This document shows positions 37,409 to 58,685 of a stretch of DNA of 64,000 bases, piece after piece. Position 1 is the stretch's first letter; each line of letters opens with the position of its first letter. The notes under the pieces were generated by a model. It had not been told where the DNA came from and searched no databases. It was given only the letters and a program-made list of their open reading frames with translations. Source of the stretch: Callorhinchus milii (lineage: Eukaryota); the NCBI RefSeq assembly GCF_018977255.1, contig NW_024704771.1, positions 3,720,001 to 3,784,000 of the forward strand, written 5' to 3'. The position numbers and the translations under genes are program-made.

Positions 37409-39010
37409 AGGTTCCCGCCCCCCCACTTCCCCCCTTCTGGTCGAGGTCTCTTGTCCTCTCATTCTCTCTGGTTCTCCCTATTCATCTTTCAGGAATTCTC
37501 TTTTTATCTGTCTCTCTCTCTCTAGTGGGGATCTCTCTTTCTCTGTAGAGTTACACACATTTACAGTGTGTTATGTCTTTCTCTATCTGTCTGGGTCTCT
37601 CTTGCGTCTCTACCTGCCTCTTAGGGAATCTCTCAGGCTTTTTCTGCGTATGTCTCCCTCTCCCGTGGTCTTTCAATTTGTCTCTAAGATTTCCTCTTTC
37701 TGTGTGTGTTTGTCTCAGTCTCTAACTCTCTCAGCATCTCTCGCTCCCTCTCAGTGACTCAATCTGAGTCTCTCTCTCGGAATCTCTCCCTCTCTCTATT
37801 CCTCTCTCTCTCTCTATTTCTCTCTCTCTGTCCATTCCTCTCTCTCTCTCTCCCTAGTCCTATTCTCTCTCTCTCTCCCCCTATTCCTCTCTCTCTCTCC
37901 CCCTATTCCTCCCTCTCTATCTCTCTACCCCTATTCCTCTCTCCCTATTCCTACTCTCCCTCCCTATTCCTCTCTCTCTCCCTATTCCTTTCTCTCCCTC
38001 TCTATATATTCCTCTCTCTCTCTCTCTATTCGCCTCTCTTCCTCTCTCTATTCCCCTCTCTCTCTCTCGATTCCTCTCTCTCTCTATTTCCCCCCTCTCT
38101 CTCTATTCCCCTCTCTCTCTCTATTCCCTTCTCTCTCTATTCCTCCCCTCTCTCTCTCTATTCCCCCCTCTCTCTCTCTATTCCCCTCTCTCTCTCTCTC
38201 TCTCTATTCCCCCTCTCTCTCTCTCTCTCTATTCCCCTCTCTCTCTATTCCCCTCTCTCTATTCCCCTCTCTCTCTCTATTCCCCCCTCTCTCTCTCTAT
38301 TCCCCTCTCTCTCTCTCTATTCCCCTCTCTCTATTCCCCTCTCTCTCTATTCCCCTCTCTCTATTCCCCTCTCTCTCTCTCTATTCCCTTCTCTCTCTCT
38401 CTCTATTCCCCCCTTCTCTCTCTCTCTATTCCCCCTCTCTCTCTTATTCCCCCCCTCTCTCTATTCCCCTCTCTCTCTATTCCCCCCTCTCTCTCTATTC
38501 CCTTCTCTCTCTATTCCCCCCTCTCTCTCTCTATTCCCCTCTCTCTATTCCCCTCTCTCTATTCCCCCCTCTCTCTCTTCCCCCCTCTCTCTCTCTATTC
38601 CCCTCTCTCTCTCTATTCCCCTCTCTCTCTCTATTCCCCTCTCTCTCTCTATTCCCCTCTCTCTCTCTCTCTATTCCCCTCTCTCTCTCTCTCTATTCCC
38701 CATTCTCTCTCTCTCTATTCCCCTCTCTCTCTCTCTATTCCCCTCTCTCTCTCTCTCTCTATTCCCCTCTCTCTCTCTATTCCCCTCTCTCTCTCTATTC
38801 CCTTCTCTCTCTATTCCCCCCCTCTCTCTCTCTATTCCCCTCTCTCTCTCTCTCTCTCTATTCCCCTCTCTCTCTCTCTCTATTCCCCTCTCTCTCTCTC
38901 TCTCTATTCCTCTCTCTCTCTCTATCCCTCTCTCTGGAGTCTGTACCTTTCTGTAGTTGTTGGTATTTCTCGAGCTCCGCCTGGAGCTTCCTCTGCTGCA
39001 AGTCCGCCAT
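33757..39010 (-). CDS. PFDN6: Prefoldin subunit 6
   Basis: Exons 39010-38947, 36061-35991, 34598-34474 and 33877-33757 (381 nt, 126 aa): MADLQQRKLQAELEKYQQLQKDLSKCLSARQKLEAQVTENTIVKEELNLL...VFKLIGPVLVKQDLEEAK...KRLDYINGEIKRYETQMKDLEKKSEQHRETLAKLQQDFQ. AATAAA (-) at 33714-33709. Confidence 0.97.
37790..38935. repeat. About 1.1-kb (CT)n-ATTCCC pyrimidine tract in PFDN6 intron 1
   Basis: Variable CTCTCT runs punctuated by ATTCCC; ends about 10 nt from the exon-1 donor. Confidence 0.92.
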
Positions 39011-39043
39011 GTTGCCAGGAACCGGAAATAGACAGAGAGCACA

Positions 39044-39284
39044 GTGTCCAATCACAGCCCCGCTCCCCCTCCAGTCAGTGACCAATCACAGCCCGGCTCC
39101 CCCTCCAGTCAGTGACCAATCACAGCCCAGCTCCCCCTCCTGTCAGTGACCAATCACAGCCCGGCTCCCCCTCCTGTCAGTGACCAATCACAGCCCGGCT
39201 CCCCCTCCTGTCAGCGTCCAATCACAGCCCGGCTCCTCCTCCTCCTGTCAGCGTCCAATCACAGCCGCTCCTCCCTCCTGTCAG
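39044..39284. promoter_or_regulatory. 7x tandem 34-bp CCAAT/GC-box array immediately upstream of PFDN6
   Basis: Unit about GTGACCAATCACAGCCCGGCTCCCCCTCCTGTCA; CCAAT at 39048, 39082, 39116, 39150, 39184, 39218 and 39255. Starts about 35 nt upstream of the PFDN6 ATG. Confidence 0.8.
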
Positions 39285-41424
39285 CCTCCCCCCCCCCCCC
39301 CCCCCCCCCCCCCCGTGTGCGATGCTGTCCATCTCAGGTCTCTGTACAACCATATACAGACAGTGACTGTGACCTCCGCACTGATGACCACCACCGGCGC
39401 TGCTCCGTGGGGTCTCCTCGGAGCTGAATTGGCCCCGAGGTGACACGTTCGGCAACGGAAAGCCAGAATCGAGCCGGACCTCCGCGACAGCCTCCAGTCC
39501 AGTCCCTGAGCCCGTCGGGTCCACAGGATTCCAGGGCATTGACCGCTGATAAGACAGCACAGCCCGGCCCGGCCCATCGGGCCGACCAGTCACTGGGGAC
39601 AGGGAGTCATCCCACTGGGCTCCTGTTAGCCCCGCAGCCAAAGCCCTCACTCGCGGGTAGGGTGGTCCTGGCTGGACAAGCAGCGGGCAAGCTGGTCAAT
39701 TGTAGCTGGTTAGGCTCCAGCCCAACACACACTCTGAGATCCCCGAGCCTTGGCTCTCGCCAACCTGCGCCTAATGCTTTCCGGAATTAGGTAAACAGGA
39801 TGCATCATCTTTCACGTCGAGAGGACGTCCCAAGGCGCTGGACAGTTGGGTCAGGACCCGAGCATTGGGAGGGAAACGGTGAGGGGAGGGAGTGAGGAGG
39901 GGGTAGGGAGTCGAGAGGGGAGCTGTGAAGGCGCGGTCAAAGAGAAAGGTCTTGAGACCCGGCCTCGAAGGAGGAGAGGAAGCGAGGCGAAGGCACTGGG
40001 GGATGGAGTCCCAGAGCCGACCCGTCACCGGGGGGTCATCCCTCCAGGGAGAGTGCTCATACCATTCCAACAGTATGTCTGGGGTTTCCATGTGCAGGTG
40101 GGATGCACGGAATCCTGAGTTCGGTCTGGATACTCTTAAGCACGAGTTTGCGCACGTTACGGACACCCGGCCGACCCCGCACTACATTGCGGCGACGTGG
40201 ACAAATGCCAAGCGAACAGGTGGCACGGCTGCAGCCCTGCCATCCAACTCTGATCATATCCGATGCTGTATGACAACAGATTATTCAAGTATTGGCAACG
40301 AAACAGATATGACTGGGATTGGGTTTCCTTCAAGCTGAGCTCAGCGGAGGCCAGTGGGGCTCGATGTGGGGCGGCGGTGAAATTTAAACTGCAGATGTGA
40401 GCTCTCATTACGCAGGTCGAGAACGCAAGTGCTTGGTGGGACGGGGCGACGACAGGTAAACATAACCAGATACCTGCTGACAAAGTTCTTCACCTTTCAT
40501 CCTCGCAAATAGAAGCCATAAAAAAAAAAACCACAAGAAAACATCAATGCCTCACATCAATTAAAGGCTGAACGTTTATGGACCCTGTGGTTTATCAAAC
40601 ATGAACTATAGCAATTAAAAAAACTTCAGTCATTATTACCGTTTGCCCGGCTCAGTTAGCAGCGCTCTGATCCAAGTCAAAAGATGGAGCTCACAGTCCA
40701 GGCTGACACAGCTGGACTGACATTCATTGTCCTTTAGATGCGACACATTAACCCAAGATCCTGTCCCGCGGTTTTCTTGAACGCTAATAATACTTCAATT
40801 TGATATAGCGCTTTATTACGTCTTCCAGATGTCTCAAAGCACTTCCTAGAATACACCATAAAGTGGATTGACTGTATATTTTGTGGGCGAATCGCAGCAG
40901 CCAATTGCGCACGGCAGCGTCCCATAAACAGACGTGGATTGAGCGACTTTGTTTGAGGGATTAATCCCCGTTAGTGATCTACCAATTGACGAACAATTGC
41001 TACTCACTGCCAGGTAAACAGAGGTCTGTATTGGAGTAAGGAAATTTACCAGAAGTTACGCCCCGCCCAGGAATCGAACCCAGGTCCTCTCGCTTGCGAA
41101 GCAAGTGCGTTAACCAATACACTAGTGATTAACCCAAGGTTCTGTCTTCCTGTTTTTCTGGATGTCAAAGATCCTATAAAAATTGGCCGTCGCATTTCAC
41201 CCTCAAAACACATTAATATTCTGTGAAGCGCTTCGAGAAGTCTCAACGTTTTGGGTTGGGGTCAGACGGGTGTTTGGCACATGCCTCGAGACGTCTCAAC
41301 GATGTGATAAGGCAAGGATTATTATTAAGATTTCCCCCAGTTATAAAACAGGAAATATAAAAAAATCAGAAATAGGATTTTTAGTTTATTTATATCCGTT
41401 TGCAAAAAGTAACCAATATGAACA

Positions 41425-50461
<9,037 letters not shown>

Positions 50462-50475
50462 GATGGCTGCGCGGC

Positions 50476-50493
50476 AGAGAGAGAGAGAGAGGG
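50476..50493 (-). promoter_or_regulatory. 5' terminal oligopyrimidine (TOP) tract of RPL7A
   Basis: CCCTCTCTCTCTCTCTCT 15 nt upstream of the ATG-only first coding exon, in a CpG island (about 49800-50570). Confidence 0.75.
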
Positions 50494-50574
50494 CGCGCGC
50501 TGCACTCTGGGCCGTCTTGGGCTTCTGTGCTCTCGCGGCAGCGTCTCGCGAGATCGGCCTCGTCTCCTGGCAAC

Positions 50575-52030
50575 GCCTCAGCCCCTCAGCCTCAGCGCCT
50601 CATCCCCTCAGCCTCAGCGCCTCAGCCCCTCAGCGCCTCATCCCCTCAGCCTCAGCCTCAGCCCCTCAGCCTCAGCGCCTCAGCCTCAGCTCCTCAGCTC
50701 CTCATCCCCTCAGCCTCAGCCCCTCAGCTCCTCATCCTCAGCGCCTCAGCCTCAGTCCCTCATCCTCAGCCCCTCAGCCCCTCATCTCCTCAGCCTCAGC
50801 TCCTCATCCTCAGCTCCTCATCCTCATCCCTTCAGCCTCAGCCCCTCAGCTCCTCAGCCCCTCAGCCCCTCAGCCTCAGCCCCTCAGCTCCTCAGCCCCT
50901 CAGCCTCAGTCCCTCATCCTCAGCCCCTCAGCTCCTCATCCCCTCAGCCTCAGTCCCTCATCCTCAGCTCCTCAGCGCCTCAGCCTCAGCTCCTCAGCCC
51001 CTCAGCCTCAGCTCCTCAGCGCCTCAGCCTCAGCTCCTCAGCCCCTCAGCTCCTCATCCCCTCAGCCTCAGTCCCTCAGCGCCTCAGCTCCTCAGCGCCT
51101 CAGCCCCTCAGCCTCAGCTCCTCAGCCTCAGCCCCTCCTCCCCTCAGCCCCTGATCCCCCCTCATCCCCTCAGCCTCAGCTCCTCATCCCCTCAGCCTCA
51201 GCTCCTCATCCCCTCAGCCTCAGCTCCTTATCCCCTCAACCTCAGCTCCTCATCCCCTCAGCCTCAGCTCCTCATCCTCAGCTCCTCATCCCCTCAGCCT
51301 CAGCTCCTCATCCTCATCCCCTCAGCCTCAGCTCCTCATCCCTTAGCCTCAGCTCCTCATCCCCTCAGCTTCAGCTCCTCATCCTCTCATCCCCAGCTCT
51401 TCAGCTCCTCATCCCCTCAGCCTCAGCTCCTCAGCTCCCTCAGTTCCTCAGCCTCAGCTCCTCATCCCCTCAGCCTCAGCTCCTCAGCTCCCTCAGTTCC
51501 TCAGCCTCAGCTCCTCATCCCCTCAGCCTCAGCTTGTAATTTCCTCATCCCCAGCTCCTCAGCTCCCTCAGTTCCTCAGCCTCAGCTCCTCAGCCCCAGC
51601 TCCTCAGCTCCTCATCTCCTCATCCTCAGCTCCTCATCCCCAGCTCTTCAGCTCCTCATCCCCTCAGCCTCAGCTCCTCATCTCCTCAGCCTCAGCTCCT
51701 CATCCCCGGCTCCTCAGCTCCTCATCCTCAGCTCCTCATCCCCTCATCCTCAGCTCCTCATCCCCAGCTCTTCAGCTCCTCATCCCCTCAGCCTCAGCTC
51801 CTCATCTCCTCATCCTCAGCTCCTCATCCCCGGCTCCTCAGCTCCTCAGCCTCAGCTCCTCATCCCCGGCTCCTCAGCTCCCTCAGCTCCTCACCCTCAG
51901 CTCCTCAGTTCAGCCTCAGCTCCTCATCCCCGGCTCCTCAGCCTCATCCCCAGTGCCTCAGCCTCAGCTCAACTGCAGCTCAGCCGCAGCCCCTCAGCCT
52001 CAGACTTAGCACCAGCTCAGCCTCAGCTCA
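50575..52030. repeat. About 1.45-kb CCTCAG/CTCCTCATCC satellite upstream of RPL7A
   Basis: Shuffled 6-nt motifs (CCTCAG, CTCCTC, ATCCCC), followed by an AT-rich tract at about 52060-52460. Confidence 0.92.
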
Positions 52031-52817
52031 GCCTGTCCATCAGCACCAGAAACATCAACAATATCATATTATATTAGTTATAAAATAATATAATAATAAA
52101 ACAATAATATAAGAATAATATAGGAATGTGATCATAATATTATATGATGTATAATATTAAATTATACTAATATAAGAATATAAGAATGTGATCATAATGT
52201 ATAATATAATATAATACAATATATGAATTATAATAAAATAATATATAATGGTATAATATAATAAAATGTAATAATAAAATAATATTGTGATGAAAATATA
52301 ATAATAATACTTGCATTTGATATAGAGTATCCATATAGAGATCTTAATGATGATATAATAATATAATGATATAATAATACAATAATGTTATAATAGTATA
52401 ATAATGATATAATAATATAATAATACAATAAAATAATAGTTTAATAATATAAAAATAATTATCTTTGCATTTGATATAGCATCTTATGGCTTTTTCGAGA
52501 CATCTCAAAGCGTTTCGCAAGACATATTGTACAGTGTAGTCGCTGTGTATTTTGCGGGCGAAATGCTATCCACATCCTCAGAGATCTTAGTCTTTGCACT
52601 AACTTCAGACACCATCCCCATGGACTTCAGAGTTCATCCACTGTCTCCATCCTGGTGGTCAGTCAATTAGCCAATTGCACACAGCAGTGTCCCACAAACA
52701 GTGGTCGATTCAGTGACCGAATTATTATTTTTTTTAAAAAATTTCCAAAGGATTATTACTCGCCCTACCCGTGAATCAAACCTTTCTTTTGCTTGAGAGG
52801 TGAGTAAGCAAACCAAC

Positions 52818-52849
<32 letters not shown>

Positions 52850-53269
52850 AATAATCCTTGCAGGACTTCATCATTAATGGGAGTGCTGTCGTCAGACGCC
52901 CGGCTGACCCCAAAATAATCAAAGCTCCAGCATTTACCGAATGTGCCATGAAGGGGTCTCTGCTGAGCTTGTTTTAAGTCTGTTATAAATTGGGACTTGC
53001 TCTGTGTGTGGGCTGCGCTGTGCACCATTGGGTGACGCGTTTCACCCACAAACTACACAGTCAATCCACATCACAGTATGTCCTGCGAAATGCTTTGAGA
53101 CGATTCGATGACGTGATGAGGCGCGGATGGTGGAGTTGGGGGGTAAGCAGGTCGGAGAGGTAGGGAGGTGCGAGGGAATTTAAGGGATTTGAAAACATCA
53201 TTACGTCCTATCAATGCAGTGTTTAAAATCAGCTATCTGGCGGGCAACTGCCTTCAGCTTGGTGCATAT

Positions 53270-53594
53270 TAATAATAATAATAATAATCCTTGCATTTGA
53301 TATAGCGCTTTTCACGTCGGGAGGACGTCCCAAAGCGCTTCACAGAACACACTGTAAAGTGAATTGACTGTATATTTGTGGGCGAACGCGGCAGCCAATT
53401 GCGCACAGCAGTGTCCCACAAACAGTCGTAGATTGAAAATGACCAATTTATTATTGTTTTGGGTTTTGGAGGGATTATTATTAGGCTCTGTGTGGGGTAA
53501 GGAAACTTGCCCGAGGTTTGCCCCTGTACCGGGAATTGAACTCAGGTCTCTCACTTGCAAAGCGAGTGCTCTAACCACTGAGCTACAGGACTCC
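53270..53594 (-). mobile_element. Full-length tRNA-derived SINE
   Basis: Same subfamily; also shares about 148 bp of flank with the 41935 copy. Confidence 0.9.
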
Positions 53595-54305
53595 ACTGGG
53601 GTGGGGTGGGCACTGCATTGTCAGAGTCCATCCTTCAGATGAGATGTTAACCCGAGGTCCCGTCAGTCTGTGCAGGTGGACATTAAAGATCCCATCCGAA
53701 AAGAGAAAGGAGTTTCCAACAAGTTTGTTTGCCTACAAATTGCACAGAAACTACACTTCACAGTGAATTCTGCGCAGCGCTCTGAGATATCATAATCCTT
53801 GCACTTGGTACACGTCGGGAGGACGTCCCAAAGCGCTTCACAGGAGAGGCAATGCCCGGCAATGTCCCACAAACAGCCGTGAAACAAATGACCATTGTAT
53901 TCGGGGGATTGTTGGCACTGGGCCAGGCTGACCCAAATTGTGAAAGGCTCTCTGTCATACGCCACTATTTTTTTGCACGTCCGGTTTGCAGTATGTTTCC
54001 ACAAATATACAGTCAATTCACTTTACAGTGTGTTTCCCAAGCCTTAAAACAAACAAGGACTCAACACATATTATTTGGCATTTGCTGATTAGTGTTGAAG
54101 TCAGAGAGGATCATTCTCGTCCCTGGAGGGTTAGTCGCTGATCAATTAGGTGCAAAATTCCTCCTGGTGCCGGACTGTGTGCCCATTTTTTTCTTTTAAA
54201 AGCTTCAGAATTGTTGGGATACATCTTGAATTCAGTGTTGATTTCACCTGCAAAACACAGTCACTACACTTTACAGTATAATCTGCGTGATGTCTCGACG
54301 ACGGG

Positions 54306-54627
54306 ATAATAATAATAATAATAATCCTTGCATTTGATACGGCGCTTTTCACGTCTTCTCGACGTCTCAAAGCGCTTCACAGAATGTACTGTAAAGTGAA
54401 TTGACTGTATATTTGTGGGTGAAACGCGGCAACCAATTGCGCACAGCAGTGTCCCACAAACAGTCGTGGATTTAGTGACCAAATTATTATCGTTTTTTTT
54501 CGCTTGAGGGATTATTATCAGGTATGTGGAGTAAGGAAACTTGCCCAGGGTTTCGCCCTGCCAGGAATCGAACCCAGGTCTCTCGCTTGGTGAGGCGAGA
54601 GCTCTAACCACTGAGTTACAGGACTCC
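54306..54627 (-). mobile_element. Full-length tRNA-derived SINE
   Basis: tRNA-like head at about 54560-54627; (ATT)n tail at about 54306-54325. Confidence 0.85.
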
Positions 54628-54659
54628 ACAAAAATAAAGCAAGACAACCGCTTTAAGAC

Positions 54660-55640
54660 AACAACAACAACAACAACAAGATTACATTTGCCTTTCATGT
54701 CGGGAGGACGTCCCAAGGCGCTGGACAGTGTACAGGATATCAGACCGGAGCTGGGGGAGGGGGGGGTGAGGGGAAGGGGACTGGCCGATAGCATGGTCAA
54801 AGAGGAAGGAGGCTAAGGAGGGGGGCGAGGCGGAGTGACTGGGGGATGGAATTCCAGAGGTTGGGGGCAGAGTGGCTTAAGGCTCTCCCGCCAACGGTGG
54901 GGCGGGTGGGTCGGGGGACGAGGAGCAGCCGGAGCCGGCTGAGCGGAGGCTGTGGGCGGGTTGGTAGGGGGTTAGGAGGTTGCAGAGGTAGGGTGGGGCG
55001 AGGCCATGGAGGGCTTTGTAGGTCAGGACCAGGATCTTGAACTGGATCCTCTGAAGGATAGGGAGCCAATGGAGTCGGGCGAGAGTGGGGGAGATGGGGT
55101 CATGGAGTTTGGTGCGGGAGAGGACACGGGCGGCAGAGTTCTGGATTATCTGCCGACTGTGGAGGGAGGAGTTGGGAAGGCCGACAAGCGGGGAGTTTGC
55201 ACAGCCGAGCCTGGAGGTGATGAAGGCACGAACAAGAGTTTCAGCGGCTTGAGGTAGTGACGGAGTCGGGCGATGTTACGGAGGTGAGGGAAGGCAGAGC
55301 GGGTCATGGCTTGAATGTGGGGGAGAAAAGTCAGTTGAGGGTCGACCAAGACACCCGGGTTCCTGACTGGCGGTGAGTTGTGGTGAGCAACCATGGAGGT
55401 CGACGCTGCCAGAGCCTGAGGTGCTGAGGCGCTGGCGTGAGCCGATCGGGAGGGCCTCAGTCTTGTTCACGTTCAGCTGTAGGAGATTTGCCCTCGTCCA
55501 GGACTTGACGTCCGACCGCAGTCTGTCAGGACAGCAGTGCTCCTGGAGTTGAGGGTGGAGGCAGAAAGGTAAGAGTTGGGTGTGATCCGCACACATGTCG
55601 ACATTGACCCCATGTCTGCTGGTGTTATTGGCCACGTCAG
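54660..55640 (-). mobile_element. L2 fragment
   Basis: Minus-strand RT pieces: HLRNIARLRHYL; [14 protein letters not shown]. Confidence 0.85.
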
Positions 55641-56219
55641 CAAAGAGTAACAGCCTACCTTTGGCCAGCTCCAAATAAAGAGATAAGGCGCTGTATCAAA
55701 TGCAAAGCGTAATTATTATTATTATTATTAAATCTCCTTGGTTAGAAAGATTTTAGCTTAACCTCTCCTCCGCATTCCTGAATAATGTGTGTGGTGTCTC
55801 TCTCTCTCTCTCTCTCTCTCTGTCTCCTCTGCCCTGGGGGTTGGGTTATGTAAAAGGGGCTGAAAAGGGGTTTGCATGGCAGAGAGGAAGAGAGGGAGAG
55901 AGAGGGAACACAATTTTATTGCAAAGGGACAAATCGTTGAAATACCAGACAGAGAAGCTGGTGAATGAAAGTGAAACTCACTCAGAGCTTCTGCAGATGT
56001 TCTGCTCTGTCCCTCTTGCAGAGAGGGGAAGAAGAGTGGGAGTGTAAGGGGGAGAGAGAGAGAGGGGTGGGGGGGGGGGGGTGGGAGTAAATAAAAGTGC
56101 AATGCCATCTCTGTGGATCAGAGAGTGTGCGAGAGAGAGATAGTTAGAGGAAGTGAATGCAATCGTGCAATGTTGTCACTATCAATCAGATAGTCAGTGA
56201 GTGAGAGGGAGGGACTGAA

Positions 56220-56401
56220 CTAAATTGGGCAATACTGAGCAGAGAGGGGGAGAGTGAAAAGAAGAGGGGGACAGAGAGAGAGAGGGAGAGAGAGAAGGGA
56301 AGAGATGCAAAGGGACTGAGAGAGAGAGAGAGAGAGGGGGTGAATGAAATTGTGCAATGCCATCTCTGCTTAGCAGAGGAGAGAGAGGGGGGGGAGAGTG
56401 A

Positions 56402-56438
<37 letters not shown>

Positions 56439-57074
56439 AAAGGCAAAGAGAGAGAGAGAGAGAGAGGTGTGAGAGAGAGAAGGCAGAGAGAAAGGGGGAA
56501 GAACGAGTGTGGATGTGTGAGAGAGAAAGAGAGTGGTGTGGGATAGGCAGAGAGAGAGAGTGAGAGAGAGGGGGTTGGTGGAGAGACACAGAGAGAGGGG
56601 GAAAGAGAGAGAGAGAGAGAGAGAGTGGGAAGGGCAGAGAGAGAGGAGACAGAGAGAAAGGGGGAAGAACGAGTGTGGATGTGTGAGAGAGAAAGAGAGT
56701 NNNNNNNNNNNNNNNNNNNNNNNNNNNNNNNNNNNNNNNNNNNNNNNNNNNNNNNNNNNNNNNNNNNNNNNNNNNNNNNNNNNNNNNNNNNNNNNNNNNN
56801 NNNNNNNNNNNNNNNNNNNNNNNNNNNNNNNNNNNNNTGCAAATTGTGCTGCATTGGTCAGGACTGAGTGAGTTGTCTGGGAATCCGAGGGGTTGAGGGG
56901 ATGGAGAGAGAGAGAGTCATTGGCTCTGGAGACCAAACCCCCGTTGGGTTGGGGTTTGGATCAGTTCTTTGCTGAGAGGGGACGAGGAGAGCAGAGACTG
57001 ATGTGCTGATCTGTTTGTGAGTATATCGCTGTTTCCTGTCACGTATCTGCCTTCTGCATATGTATTTATATTTC

Positions 57075-57111
<37 letters not shown>

Positions 57112-58654
57112 GGGGTATTTGTGTGTTTCACCCCCAAAGGAACTGTGTACAGTACCACCGGGTCTGCATTTACACTGCGATGTACCATTGCACACACACA
57201 CACACACACACACCAGGGATGGGATTGCTTTAAACCTCTGTGTGTGTGGGGGGTGGGNNNNNNNNNNNNNNNNNNNNNNNNNNNNNNNNNNNNNNNNNNN
57301 NNNNNNNNNNNNNNNNNNNNNNNNNNNNNNNNNNNNNNNNNNNNNNNNNNNNNNNNNNNNNNNNNNNNNNNNNNNNNNNNNNNNNNNNNNNNNNNNNNNN
57401 NNGGTGGGGGGGTTGGGGGTGTATGTGTGTGTGGGGGGGTGGGGGGTGTATGTGTGTGTGTGGGGGGGGTGTGTGTGTGTGTGTGGGGGGGGTGTGTGGG
57501 GGGGGGTGTGTGGGGGGTGGGGGGTGTATGTGTGTGGGGGGGGGGTGTGTGTGGGTGTGGGGGGTGTATGTGTGTGTGCGTGTGTGGGGGTGGGGGGTGT
57601 ATGTGTGTGCGTGTGGGGGGGGTGTGGGGGGTGTATGTGTGTGTGTGTGTGGGGGTGGGGGGTTTATGTGTGTGGGGGTGGGGGGGGGTGTGGGGGGTGG
57701 GGGGTGTATGTGTGTGTGGGTGGGGGGGGGTGTATGGTGTGTATGTGGGGGGTTGGGGGTGTATGGGGGTGTGGGGGTTGGGGGGTGTATGTGTGTGTGG
57801 GGGGTGGGGGGTGTATGTGTGGGGGGGGGGGTGGGGGGTGGGGGGTGTATGTTGTGTGGGGGGGGGGTGTATGTGTGGGGGGGGGTGTATGTGTGGTGTG
57901 GGGGGGTGTGGGGGGTTGGGGGGTTGTTCAGCATCACTGCGATCTCTGCTATTGCGCTTCCGCACTGTATATTTCACCCCACACCCCCTCTCTGATGCTC
58001 TCCATCTCTCTCTCTCATTTGCCTTGTGTCACCTGCACTCTCCCCCCTCCCCCCTCTCTCTCCCCCTCCCCTCTCTCCCCCATCCCCCCTCTCTCTCCCC
58101 CCTCCCCCCTCTCTCTCCCCCCCCCCCTCTCTCTCCCTCCTCCCCCCCTCTCTCTCCCCTCCCCCCCCTCTCTCTCCCCCTCCCCCTCTCTCTCTCCCTC
58201 CCCCCCTCTCTCTCCCTCCCCCACTCTCTCTCCCTTCTCCCCTCTCACTCCCTCCCCCCCTCTCTCTCCCTCCCCCCTCTCTCTGTACCACCCCCCCTCT
58301 CTCTCTACCCCCCCTCTCTCTCTACCCCCCACTCTCTCTCCCCCTCCCTCCCCCCCCCCCTCTCTCTCTCTCCCTCTCATTTGCCTTGTGTCACCTGCAC
58401 TNNNNNNNNNNNNNNNNNNNNNNNNNNNNNNNNNNNNNNNNNNNNNNNNNNNNNNNNNNNNNNNNNNNNNNNNNNNNNNNNNNNNNNNNNNNNNNNNNNN
58501 NNNNNNNNNNNNNNNNNNNNNNNNNNNNNNNNNNNNNNNNNNNNNNNNNNNNNNNNNNNNTTATTGATTTGCTTTGGTTGATCAATTGCTGAAAGCATCG
58601 CAAAATGGTGGGGATCTCTATTGGGGGTGACCTGGTTTGAAGGAGGTGTTGACG

Positions 58655-58685
<31 letters not shown>

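Noticed and set aside
37706-38956. 416-aa Ser/Leu/Pro ORF
   Set aside because: Translation of a CT-rich tract inside PFDN6 intron 1.
58008-58401. Repeated CATTTGCCTTGTGTCACCTGCACT next to a gap
   Set aside because: Probably a satellite unit or assembly redundancy at the gap edge.
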